Part shown: positions 48,635 to 56,750 of the stretch, piece after piece
Layout of the letters: each line of letters opens with the position of its first letter
Position numbering within the stretch: position 1 is the stretch's first letter
The notes under the pieces: model-generated
Told to the model about the DNA's origin: nothing
The model's database searches: none
What the model saw: the letters and a program-made list of their open reading frames with translations, nothing else
Position numbers and translations under genes: made by a program
Assembly (NCBI GenBank): GCA_041173245.1
Contig: JBEDIY010000060.1
Coordinates: 15,640-79,639, forward strand
Length of the DNA stretch: 64,000 nucleotides
Reading direction: 5' to 3'
DNA from: Bacteroidota bacterium
GTDB lineage: Bacteria > Bacteroidota > Bacteroidia > Chitinophagales > Chitinophagaceae

Positions 48635-49212
48635 TAGGCAAATAGTTGAGCTTCTACCAATTCACAAATAATATGACCAATTAAAATATGACTTTCTTGA
48701 ATCCTAGGTGTATTGGAGCTAGGAACATTAAGGAGCACATCTGATATTTCACTCATTTTACCACCCAAAGCACCTGTAAATCCAATGGTTACGATACCCA
48801 TTGACTTCGCCATTTCAAAGGCTTTTACAATGTTACCAGAATTGCCGGAAGTGCTAATGCCAACAAGTACATCCCCTTTGTACATGGTACCTTCCACGAG
48901 TCTACTATAAATTTCATCATAACTATAATCGTTGGCTACAGCAGTTACATAAGAACTATTGCAGTGAAGCGCATCGGAGGGAAGGGCTTTGCGGTTTTTG
49001 TAAAAACGTCCAGAAAACTCTGCTGCTAAATGTTGTGCATCGGCAGCACTTCCACCATTGCCACAAAACTGAACTTTAAAGCCGTTTTTAAATGCACTTG
49101 CAACAAGCGTTACAGCGGTATTAATTTTTTCCAAGAAAGCAGGATCAGACAGATACTGTTGTTTTACAGCAATCGAGCTTTCAATAATGGATTTTATTTT
49201 TTGTGTAGACAT
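48634..49212 (-). CDS. gmhA: D-sedoheptulose 7-phosphate isomerase (SIS domain)
   Basis: 192 aa. GNGGSAADAQHLAAEF, GISTSGNS, QESH motifs. Confidence 0.85.
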   Translation of the reverse strand: MSTQKIKSIIESSIAVKQQYLSDPAFLEKINTAVTLVASAFKNGFKVQFCGNGGSAADAQHLAAEFSGRFYKNRKALPSDALHCNSSYVTAVANDYSYDEIYSRLVEGTMYKGDVLVGISTSGNSGNIVKAFEMAKSMGIVTIGFTGALGGKMSEISDVLLNVPSSNTPRIQESHILIGHIICELVEAQLFA

Positions 49213-49215
49213 ATT

Positions 49216-50346
49216 TTATGATATTAAATCCCAAATTTGATGGGTTAATTGATTCCAATTGTATTTCTTTTTTTCTATTTCAATGGCGGGAATAAAATGA
49301 GTTTCACCTAACGCATATAGTTTTTCTATTCCTTCTGCAATTGAAACATAATCAGGCTCTGTTACAACACCAACAATATTATTGGGTACCATAGCAGCTA
49401 AGGCGCCAACGTTTGTAACCAGCATAGGTTTGTTAAAATGAAAGCAAAGCGGCGTAATGCCAGATTGAGTGGCATGCTTATAAGGTTGTATTACAAAATC
49501 AGTGGCGCAAAAATAGTTGCGTACATCACTATCTGCTATGAAATCACTTTTTACAATTACATCATTGATTAAATCCTGTTCTTCGATGAGTTGTAAGTAG
49601 GGTTCTTTTTTATCGTAAAATTCTCCAGCTATAATTAGGGTAGGAATAATTTTTCCTTGTTTCTTTAAGTAGCCCAAAGCCTGTAACAATAAATCAAGTC
49701 CTTTATAGGCTCTTACAAAACCGAAAAATAAAATGATAGGATCAAAAGAGTCTACTGCTAAATTTTTCCTTGCTTCTAATTTTGAAATGGGTTCGCCAAA
49801 ATTATCATACAGCGGATGAACCACAGTAGCAGATGGTTTTTGTGTAAATAGTGTAAGATCCTTTTGAACCTTTTCACTTAGTGTTACAAATGCATCCACT
49901 TGTCCTACAAAATATTGGGTAAATAATGTATCCAAAGGACGTTTCTCGTGTGGAATAACGTTGTCTGCAATACAAACCACCTTTGAAACTTTGTTTTTTC
50001 TTATAATGGATGAGATGGTACCTAAGCATGGCCCCATAAATGGAATCCAATATCTAACCACCACTAAATCAGGTACCATTTTTTTTATTTCTTTTCCGAT
50101 GCGTACCCAATTAAATGGGTTTACCGAATTGACAACGGCCTTGATGGTTAAATGCCTGGGCTTTGGTTCTGTTGCATACTGGCTTTTACCTGGAAATAAA
50201 AAGGAGGGGTATTGTAAAGAAAAAGTATAGATAATTACTTCATGACCTTCATCCATAAATTGCTTGGCCAATCGTTCATTAAAAGTAGCAATGCCTCCGC
50301 CCCTTAATGGCCAAGCGGATCCTATAATGACTACCTTTTTTTTCAT
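49216..50346 (-). CDS. glycosyltransferase family 4 (GT-B)
   Basis: 376 aa. N-terminal GGGIATF-type loop. C-terminal sugar-nucleotide binding region (FVRAYKGLDLLLQA, QPYKHATQSGI). Confidence 0.85.
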   Translation of the reverse strand: MKKKVVIIGSAWPLRGGGIATFNERLAKQFMDEGHEVIIYTFSLQYPSFLFPGKSQYATEPKPRHLTIKAVVNSVNPFNWVRIGKEIKKMVPDLVVVRYWIPFMGPCLGTISSIIRKNKVSKVVCIADNVIPHEKRPLDTLFTQYFVGQVDAFVTLSEKVQKDLTLFTQKPSATVVHPLYDNFGEPISKLEARKNLAVDSFDPIILFFGFVRAYKGLDLLLQALGYLKKQGKIIPTLIIAGEFYDKKEPYLQLIEEQDLINDVIVKSDFIADSDVRNYFCATDFVIQPYKHATQSGITPLCFHFNKPMLVTNVGALAAMVPNNIVGVVTEPDYVSIAEGIEKLYALGETHFIPAIEIEKKKYNWNQLTHQIWDLIS

Positions 50347-50362
50347 AACAATAAATTATGAA

Positions 50363-51310
50363 CTATTTATCTAAACCAATCTTTGAAGCAATCAAATACA
50401 CGTTTCTTTCTGTAGCATTACGTGCCACTAATTCGGCAACAAATCCTGTCAAAAAGAGCTGCATACCAATTACCATAGTTGTAAGGGCAATATAAAATGC
50501 AGGACGATTGGTTAAAGAAAAATCTTGGCTTGCAAATTTTGCAACTACTAAATAGATACTAGCACTAAAGCCTATTAAAAAAAATAAAGTACCCAGTAGG
50601 CCAAAAAACTGCATGGGGCGTTTGCCAAATTTATTTAAGAACAAAATAGTGGCTAAATCTAAGAATCCATTTACAAAACGCTGCCATCCAAATTTAGTAA
50701 CACCATATTTTCTAGCACGGTGTTCAACTACTTTTTCGCCTATTTTTTTATACCCGCTGCCTTTTGCCAAAATAGGTATATATCGGTGCATTTCACCGTA
50801 TACTTCAATACTCTTTACCACTTTGTTTTTGTATGCTTTTAGGCCACAATTAAAGTCGTTGAGTTGGATGCCAGAACTTTTACGTGCAACTGCGTTAAAT
50901 AATTTAGAGGGAATATTTTTAGTAAATGTATTATCAAACCTCTTTTTCTTCCAGCCACTTACAAGGTCAAACCCACCATGTAAAATCATGTCACTTAAAG
51001 CTGGAATTTCATCGGGGGAGTCTTGCATATCTGCATCCATGGTAATTACAACCTCGCCTTGAGCAGCTTTAAAACCTTCGTTTAAGGCTGCAGACTTACC
51101 ATAGTTGCGTTGAAATTGAATCCCTTTAAATGCATTGTTAGTAGCGCTTATTTGTGTAATAACATCCCAGCTATTATCCGTACTACCATCATCTATGAGT
51201 ATTACCTCATACGATAATTGTTCTTGATCCATTACACGCGTAATCCAACTACACAATTCTGGCAGGGATTCATCTTCATTAAAAAGTGGTATAACTACAG
51301 ATAATTGCAT
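50363..51310 (-). CDS. polyprenyl-phosphate glycosyltransferase (GT2, GtrB/CsbB/ArnC/DPM1-like)
   Basis: 315 aa. LSVVIPLFNE, IDDGSTDNS, DADMQDSPDEIP, RKYGVTKF, and two C-terminal TM helices (FFGLLGTLFFLIGFSASIYLVV; FYIALTTMVIGMQLFLTGFVAEL). Confidence 0.85.
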   Translation of the reverse strand: MQLSVVIPLFNEDESLPELCSWITRVMDQEQLSYEVILIDDGSTDNSWDVITQISATNNAFKGIQFQRNYGKSAALNEGFKAAQGEVVITMDADMQDSPDEIPALSDMILHGGFDLVSGWKKKRFDNTFTKNIPSKLFNAVARKSSGIQLNDFNCGLKAYKNKVVKSIEVYGEMHRYIPILAKGSGYKKIGEKVVEHRARKYGVTKFGWQRFVNGFLDLATILFLNKFGKRPMQFFGLLGTLFFLIGFSASIYLVVAKFASQDFSLTNRPAFYIALTTMVIGMQLFLTGFVAELVARNATERNVYLIASKIGLDK

Positions 51311-51319
51311 GTGATTATA

Positions 51320-51862
51320 TTAGATTTGATCTGGAACTTCTTCGTTTTTCTTTACAATAATTGAAAGAACGAGTGACTTTATAAAACCAAATACGATGGC
51401 TAACCCAAGACCTAGAAACACTTGCTTAAATGAAGTGACTTTTGGCTCAGCTTGCATTTTTTTAATGGTTTCCTCAATTTGCGCTTCTGAAGCTCCAAAT
51501 TTTTCCATCATTTGCATTGTTTTGGCTATCGCTATTTCTATCACTTTTGCAGTCATCTCTGGATCCACAAGCGCATACAATACATAAGTACCAACTGCTT
51601 CAATGAGTGCAAAAATAACATAGGCAACAAAAGTAAATTGAAGGGCTTCTTTAAAAGAATATAATCCACCATTATCTTTTCGTAGTTTAAAACCTACTAT
51701 CAACAAAATGATAAAGAGGTAAGGAATAAAAGTGGTAACACCAGTAACAGCAACAAAATTTTCTACAGATCCTACCGCCCATAAACCAAATAAAAGTGCT
51801 AAAAAAATAAGGCCCCCCACGATTCCATAAGTTACGCCTTGTTTAATATTGTTATTTTCCAT
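51320..51862 (-). CDS. DUF4199 domain-containing 4-TM membrane protein
   Basis: 180 aa. Four TM helices with an amphipathic loop of about 45 aa before TM4. The N-terminus (MENNNIKQGVTYGIVGGLIF) is typical of DUF4199 as I remember it. Confidence 0.6.
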   Translation of the reverse strand: MENNNIKQGVTYGIVGGLIFLALLFGLWAVGSVENFVAVTGVTTFIPYLFIILLIVGFKLRKDNGGLYSFKEALQFTFVAYVIFALIEAVGTYVLYALVDPEMTAKVIEIAIAKTMQMMEKFGASEAQIEETIKKMQAEPKVTSFKQVFLGLGLAIVFGFIKSLVLSIIVKKNEEVPDQI

Positions 51863-51894
51863 GTGAAGTAGTTGAAAATTATTTGTGTTAAAAA

Positions 51895-53154
51895 TTATTG
51901 CGTTAATTGATTGTTATGAATAGTAGCCATTACTTTTCCTGTAAGTGGTTGATTCATAAATGCGGAATTACTTGACTTACTCTTATTTTTTTCTGGTGTG
52001 AGGGTAGTGGTTTCTGTTCGATTAAATATCGTTAGTTCTGCGGCCTGTCCTTCTTCGATTGAAACGCCCGGTAATCCAAATATTTGTCTCGCATTAACAC
52101 TCAGTAAATTTGAAATTTGGTCTGGCTTTAAACCTGGTACTGTTTGCTCAAGTGCAGCATAGGTTGTTTGTAATCCTATATTACCAAATTCGGCATATTC
52201 AAACTCACAAACCTTATGGTCCCAATCATGAGGAGCATGGTGAGAAGCAATACAATCTATAGTACCATCCACAACTGCAGCTCTAAGCGCATCTCTATCT
52301 GCTTTTGTTCTTACCGGAGGAATTACTTTTAAATTGGTGTTGTAGGTGGTCATATCTTCATCACAGAAAAATAGATGCGTTGGCGTTACACTGCAACTAA
52401 TAGCCAATCCTTCTTTTTTTGCAGCCCTAATAAGATCTACTGTTGTTGCTGAAGAAACACCAGTTATATGTAATTTGGAATTAGTGTACCTCAATAAATC
52501 AATATCTCGTTTTACCATTAGTTCTTCAGCAACTGCTGGTAGTCCGGGCAAGCCCATTTGTGTTGAAATAATACCTTCATGCATTAGGCCGTTTGCTGCA
52601 ATGGTTTTATCAATTGGTATTTGTATTAAAACCCCATCAAAAGCCTTCACGTATTGTAGTGCTTTTAAAAAAACACCTGGAGATTGAACAGGATGCATAC
52701 CGTCTGAAAATGCAACGGCATTGGACGCGCGCATGTCGTACATTTCTGCTAGTGATTGTCCTTCCATTTTTTTAGTAATCGCACCAATTGGGTGAAGTGT
52801 TACATTTGAATGGTTACCTGCTGCATAAATATAAGCGACCTGTGCTTTATTGTCTGTTACTGGTTTTGTGTCACCCATTACAAGCACCCTCGTATATCCA
52901 CCTGCTGCTGCAGCGGCAATACCCGATTGTAAGGTTTCTTTAAATTCGAAGCCAGGGTCACAAAAATTTGAGAAAACATCTACCCATCCACTAGATACAA
53001 ATGAACCTTTACAATCGATGGCTTGATCTGCTTTTTTTGAACTATTTGATTCAATTGAAACGATAACACCGTTCTCAATAAAAATATCCGTTGTTAAACC
53101 ATTGTGTTTTGATTGAGGATCGGCAATTGTGACTTGCTTGAGGAGGATCGTCAT
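51895..53154 (-). CDS. dihydroorotase-like protein, predicted non-catalytic (PyrC'-type)
   Basis: 419 aa, class I DHOase/amidohydrolase fold throughout. The expected metal ligands are substituted: HxH becomes FSN (GWVDVFSNFCDPG), HxxHVS becomes LHITGVSS, and DHAPH becomes HHAPH. Confidence 0.75.
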   Translation of the reverse strand: MTILLKQVTIADPQSKHNGLTTDIFIENGVIVSIESNSSKKADQAIDCKGSFVSSGWVDVFSNFCDPGFEFKETLQSGIAAAAAGGYTRVLVMGDTKPVTDNKAQVAYIYAAGNHSNVTLHPIGAITKKMEGQSLAEMYDMRASNAVAFSDGMHPVQSPGVFLKALQYVKAFDGVLIQIPIDKTIAANGLMHEGIISTQMGLPGLPAVAEELMVKRDIDLLRYTNSKLHITGVSSATTVDLIRAAKKEGLAISCSVTPTHLFFCDEDMTTYNTNLKVIPPVRTKADRDALRAAVVDGTIDCIASHHAPHDWDHKVCEFEYAEFGNIGLQTTYAALEQTVPGLKPDQISNLLSVNARQIFGLPGVSIEEGQAAELTIFNRTETTTLTPEKNKSKSSNSAFMNQPLTGKVMATIHNNQLTQ

Positions 53155-53263
53155 GGGCTGATTGGAAATTTAATGCAATATAACCTGAATTTTTGTCTTT
53201 GACCCTATATTTGAAGCGTTTTAAGGGAGTTTTATACTCATTTTCGGGACGTAGGTACCGACC

Positions 53264-53300
53264 ATAAAAAAGGTCACTCTTTGAAGAATGACCTTTTTTT
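53264..53300 (-). terminator. rho-independent terminator after ndk (bidirectional shape)
   Basis: Stem AAAAAAGGTCA...TGACCTTTTTTT with an internal extension. T/A runs on both sides. It lies 18 nt downstream of the ndk stop. Confidence 0.75.
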
Positions 53301-53317
53301 ATAGCTTAGCGTAAATT

Positions 53318-53734
53318 TTAGAATCTTTCTAATTTAGAAAAGAAGAAATCTCCCTCAATTGCTGCGTTTTCGTTGCTATCACTTCCATGAACCGCATTTT
53401 CACCAATAGAGGCGGCAAAATTCTTGCGAATAGTACCTTCTTCAGCTTGAGCTGGGTTGGTTGCGCCAATCAATTTTCTAAAATCTTCTACTGCGTTGTC
53501 TTTTTCTAAGATTGCTGCAACAATTGGGCCTCTGCTCATAAATGCTACTAATTCACCAAAAAAAGGTCTTTCTCTATGGATATCATAGAATAAACCAGCT
53601 TGTTCTGTGGTTAATTTAGTCCATTTCATAGCTTTTACGGTAAAACCTGCTTTGATAATTTGGTCTAAAATAGCGCCTGTGTAACCTTTACTGGTTGCAT
53701 CAGGCTTAATCATTGTAAATGTTCTGTTACTCAT
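53318..53734 (-). CDS. ndk: nucleoside-diphosphate kinase
   Basis: 138 aa. RTFTMIKPD and NAVHGSDS (active-site His) motifs. Confidence 0.95.
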   Translation of the reverse strand: MSNRTFTMIKPDATSKGYTGAILDQIIKAGFTVKAMKWTKLTTEQAGLFYDIHRERPFFGELVAFMSRGPIVAAILEKDNAVEDFRKLIGATNPAQAEEGTIRKNFAASIGENAVHGSDSNENAAIEGDFFFSKLERF

Positions 53735-53756
53735 AGTTTTAGGTATAATTCGGGGG

Positions 53757-53764
53757 CAAATTTA
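53757..53764 (-). promoter_or_regulatory. -7 promoter box TAAATTTG upstream of ndk
   Basis: Exact TAnnTTTG on the minus strand, 23 nt upstream of the ndk ATG (53734). Confidence 0.45.
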
Positions 53765-53844
53765 CAAATAAACTACCCTTTTTAATCTTATTGGACATTA
53801 ATTTTTGTTAAACATGCTCAAATTGATTTGACAAAACAGGCTAG

Positions 53845-54873
53845 ATGCTGCATTTTTGCTTGAATATGCAACCGATTGAACAGTTTTTCCCTTTTTTGAA
53901 TTCACCTAGCAAGGTTATTATAACCATGCACCAGAAACCAGATGGTGATGCCATGGGGTCTACGCTTGGGTTGTATCATTTTTTAAAGGCGCTTGGACAT
54001 GATGCTGTTGTAATTTCTCCCACCAATTGGGCCGATTTTTTAGATTGGATGCCTGGCATTGATACTGTTATTGATTTTGAAAAAAAGAAAGAGGTCGCAT
54101 TAAAACTCATTTCTGATGCAGATTATCTTTTTTGCCTAGATTTTAATACGCTCAGCAGAACCAAAAATATGGAGCAACCTTTGGCTGATGCAAAAGGAGC
54201 TAGAATATTAATTGATCACCATCAACAACCTCAAACTGAAGTTTTTGCTTTCGGTGTTAGTGACACAACCAAAAGCTCTACCTGTGAAATGGTCTACGAC
54301 TTAATTATGGAATCTAGCCATGGAGCTCATATTTCTTTGGATGTTGCTACTTGTTTGTATACCGGTTTAATGACGGATACAGGATCATTTAGATTTCCGG
54401 CAACAACGGCATCAGTGCACCGTATGATTGCACATCTAAAAGATTTAGGACTTGATCATACCGTTGTACACAGTCATATTTTTGATAATTCATTAGAAAA
54501 TAGACTTAGGTTTATTGGCTATGCGTTACTTAACAGAATGGAAGTGCTCTACGAATGTAACACTGCAATTATGCATATTACAAAGCAAGATTTACAACGC
54601 TTTGATATTAAAACCGGTGATACAGAAGGAATGGTTAATTACCTATTAGGTATCAAGGGCATGAAGCTTGGGGCCATTGTAATTGACCGTGATGAAGAGC
54701 GTAAGTGGAGCTTTAGAAGCAAAGGTGCATTTGACGTAAACGCCTTTGCTAGAAAGCATTTTGAAGGTGGTGGGCACGTCAATGCAGCAGGTGGAAGAAG
54801 TGATGAAAATATTGAAACAACTTTACATACTTTTAAAGAGGTCTTAAAAGACTATTATAATCAACTACAATGA
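53845..54873 (+). CDS. nrnA: DHH/DHHA1 family phosphoesterase (NrnA-like oligoribonuclease / pAp phosphatase)
   Basis: 342 aa. HQKPDGDAMGS, DHH (LIDHHQQP), GGGH (FEGGGHVNAAGG). An alternative ATG at 53866 (MQPIEQ) is equally plausible. Confidence 0.8.
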   Translation: MLHFCLNMQPIEQFFPFLNSPSKVIITMHQKPDGDAMGSTLGLYHFLKALGHDAVVISPTNWADFLDWMPGIDTVIDFEKKKEVALKLISDADYLFCLDFNTLSRTKNMEQPLADAKGARILIDHHQQPQTEVFAFGVSDTTKSSTCEMVYDLIMESSHGAHISLDVATCLYTGLMTDTGSFRFPATTASVHRMIAHLKDLGLDHTVVHSHIFDNSLENRLRFIGYALLNRMEVLYECNTAIMHITKQDLQRFDIKTGDTEGMVNYLLGIKGMKLGAIVIDRDEERKWSFRSKGAFDVNAFARKHFEGGGHVNAAGGRSDENIETTLHTFKEVLKDYYNQLQ

Positions 54874-55811
54874 AAATGATCAAATCAACACTATCGCTTT
54901 TAGCAGCGGTTATCATTTTTGCGAGCTGTAATCAGTTCCAAAAATCACCTTCAGGTATGCCTTACAAAATTACAAAAGGCAACAGTAAAGAACTTTTAAA
55001 ACATGGTCAGTTTGTTAAATTGAACATCGAATACAAGTTAAAATCCAAAGACACTGTCTTAAATACATCATATGGTCATATCCCTATGTATTTTTATTTA
55101 GATTCTGCTCGTTTAGGTAAGTACACATTTACAGAAGTAATTACAAAGTGTGCGCCTGGCGATAAAATGGAATTTTCATTGAGCATTGATTCCCTTAAAA
55201 AAATGGGTATGATTGAATTCAATGAAGTATTTAAAACAGGCGATTTCATCAACGGTAAATTAGAAGTAATTGCTGCATTTGCTAAAGAAGATTTAGTAAA
55301 AGCAGATTACGAAAAAGAAGTTGAAAAAGAAAAAGGAACAGAAATTGCTGCAGTAAAAAAATATGCTGAAAGCAAAAATATGAAAACCGTTTCTACTAAA
55401 AGCGGTGCGCTTGTAGAAATAACAAACCCTGGTGTAGGTCAAAAAGCTGATTCTGGATACCAAGTTTCTGTTATGTACAGAGGATATTTTGCAGATAAAG
55501 ACGGAAAAGAATTTGATGCGAATATGGGTAAAGCAGCTCCAGACAATAAACCAATTGATGTTGTTATTGGACAACATGGTGTAATTCCAGGTTGGGAAGA
55601 AGGTTTAACTTTCTTTGCTAAAGGTGGTAAAGGACGTATTGTTGTTCCATCATTTTTAGGTTATGGCCCACAAGGTCGTCCTCCAGTTATTGCTCCATTT
55701 GCAAACCTATGTTTCGATGTAGAAATCGTTGACGTAAAATTAGCGCCTCCACCACCGCCACCAGCTCCAGGAGCAGGTATGCCAGGTATGCCAGGTGGCC
55801 CAGGTCAATAA
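54870..55811 (+). CDS. FKBP-type peptidyl-prolyl isomerase lipoprotein with Pro/Gly-rich tail
   Basis: 313 aa. Lipobox IIFASC. FKBP domain (YRGYF.DGKEFD, VIPGWEEGL, VVPSFLGYG). C-terminal APPPPPPAPGAGMPGMPGGPGQ. Start overlaps the nrnA stop (ATGA). Confidence 0.85.
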   Translation: MKMIKSTLSLLAAVIIFASCNQFQKSPSGMPYKITKGNSKELLKHGQFVKLNIEYKLKSKDTVLNTSYGHIPMYFYLDSARLGKYTFTEVITKCAPGDKMEFSLSIDSLKKMGMIEFNEVFKTGDFINGKLEVIAAFAKEDLVKADYEKEVEKEKGTEIAAVKKYAESKNMKTVSTKSGALVEITNPGVGQKADSGYQVSVMYRGYFADKDGKEFDANMGKAAPDNKPIDVVIGQHGVIPGWEEGLTFFAKGGKGRIVVPSFLGYGPQGRPPVIAPFANLCFDVEIVDVKLAPPPPPPAPGAGMPGMPGGPGQ

Positions 55812-55830
55812 TTTAATAAGATATTATAGA

Positions 55831-55860
55831 AGCCTCAACAGAAATGTTGGGGCTTTTTTA
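55831..55860 (+). terminator. rho-independent terminator after the FKBP gene
   Basis: 10-bp stem AGCCTCAACA / TGTTGGGGCT with a GAAA tetraloop and a T6 run. It overlaps the folP stop codon. Confidence 0.75.
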
Positions 55861-56682
55861 TTGTAAATAACAGCAAAGTGTAACTACTTCGTTTGCTTCT
55901 TTTACATCGTGAACCCTTAATATGGAGGCGCCATGTAATAGGGCAGCAGTATGTAATACGGTTGTTCCGTTGAGCGCATCGGCAGCAGTAATGCCTAGTG
56001 TTTTATAAATGGTAGATTTTCTGGAAACACCTATTAACAGTGGCTTTTGATAGTTAGTAAGTGCAGATAAATTTGAAATCAATTCAAAATTTTGAGTTGA
56101 GGATTTACTAAATCCAAAACCCGGATCGAGGATGAGTTGTTGTATACCAGCTTCCTTTGCAGTAGCACATGTTTTTGTAAAAAAATCATGCAACACCGGC
56201 ATAATACTTGACTCGTTTTTTACGGTATGCATCTCACCTTTACTTTCATTTACATGCATTACAACGTATGGAACATCAAGCGATGCGATAGTAGTAAACA
56301 TAGCAGCGTCATATTGGCCTCCACTGATATCATTAATGATATGTGCACCCGCTTTTACTACCTGGTTAGCTACTTCGCTAAAGTAGGTGTCTACCGAAAT
56401 AAATAAATCAGGGAACTGTTTTAACACTGCTTCAATAACGGTACCAATTCTATCCAGTTCCTCGTTTGCAGAAATGGCATTGGCTCCAGGTCTGGTACTT
56501 TGACCTCCTATATCAATAATTGAAGCGCCTTCTACCTGCATTTTACCTACTCGGTCAATAGCTTCGGAAACAGCAGTAACCCGGCTCTTTTGGTAAAAAG
56601 AATCGGGTGTGATATTCAAAATCCCCATAATAAGGGGTTTTGTGCTAATGAGGGTTTTTCCTTGGCTATTTAGTGTCAACAT
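55858..56682 (-). CDS. folP: dihydropteroate synthase
   Basis: 274 aa. MGILNITPDSF, DIGGQSTRPG, DPGFGF, GVSRKS motifs. Confidence 0.92.
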   Translation of the reverse strand: MLTLNSQGKTLISTKPLIMGILNITPDSFYQKSRVTAVSEAIDRVGKMQVEGASIIDIGGQSTRPGANAISANEELDRIGTVIEAVLKQFPDLFISVDTYFSEVANQVVKAGAHIINDISGGQYDAAMFTTIASLDVPYVVMHVNESKGEMHTVKNESSIMPVLHDFFTKTCATAKEAGIQQLILDPGFGFSKSSTQNFELISNLSALTNYQKPLLIGVSRKSTIYKTLGITAADALNGTTVLHTAALLHGASILRVHDVKEANEVVTLCCYLQ

Positions 56683-56712
56683 TCTGATGTTTCAATTATA
56701 TTGCATCCGCTT

Positions 56713-56720
56713 CAAAGATA
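56713..56720 (-). promoter_or_regulatory. -7 promoter box TATCTTTG upstream of folP
   Basis: Exact TAnnTTTG on the minus strand, 31 nt upstream of the folP ATG (56682). Confidence 0.45.
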
Positions 56721-56750
56721 TTACCAAAGGATCAAAATAAGACCGATAAA

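Noticed and set aside
50613-51062. Long antisense ORFs inside well-supported genes. The main one is 149 aa opposite the GT2 gene. Others are at 61620-61988 opposite pyrB, 52346-52687 opposite the DHOase-like gene, 57399-57737, 502-804, 2687-2983 and 42487-42801.
   Set aside because: These are shadow ORFs in the codon-phased antisense frame of genes with clear family motifs. Their translations are low-complexity or Ser/Leu/Cys-rich with no recognisable motifs. A 149-aa example is a little long for an AT-rich genome but is not evidence of a gene.
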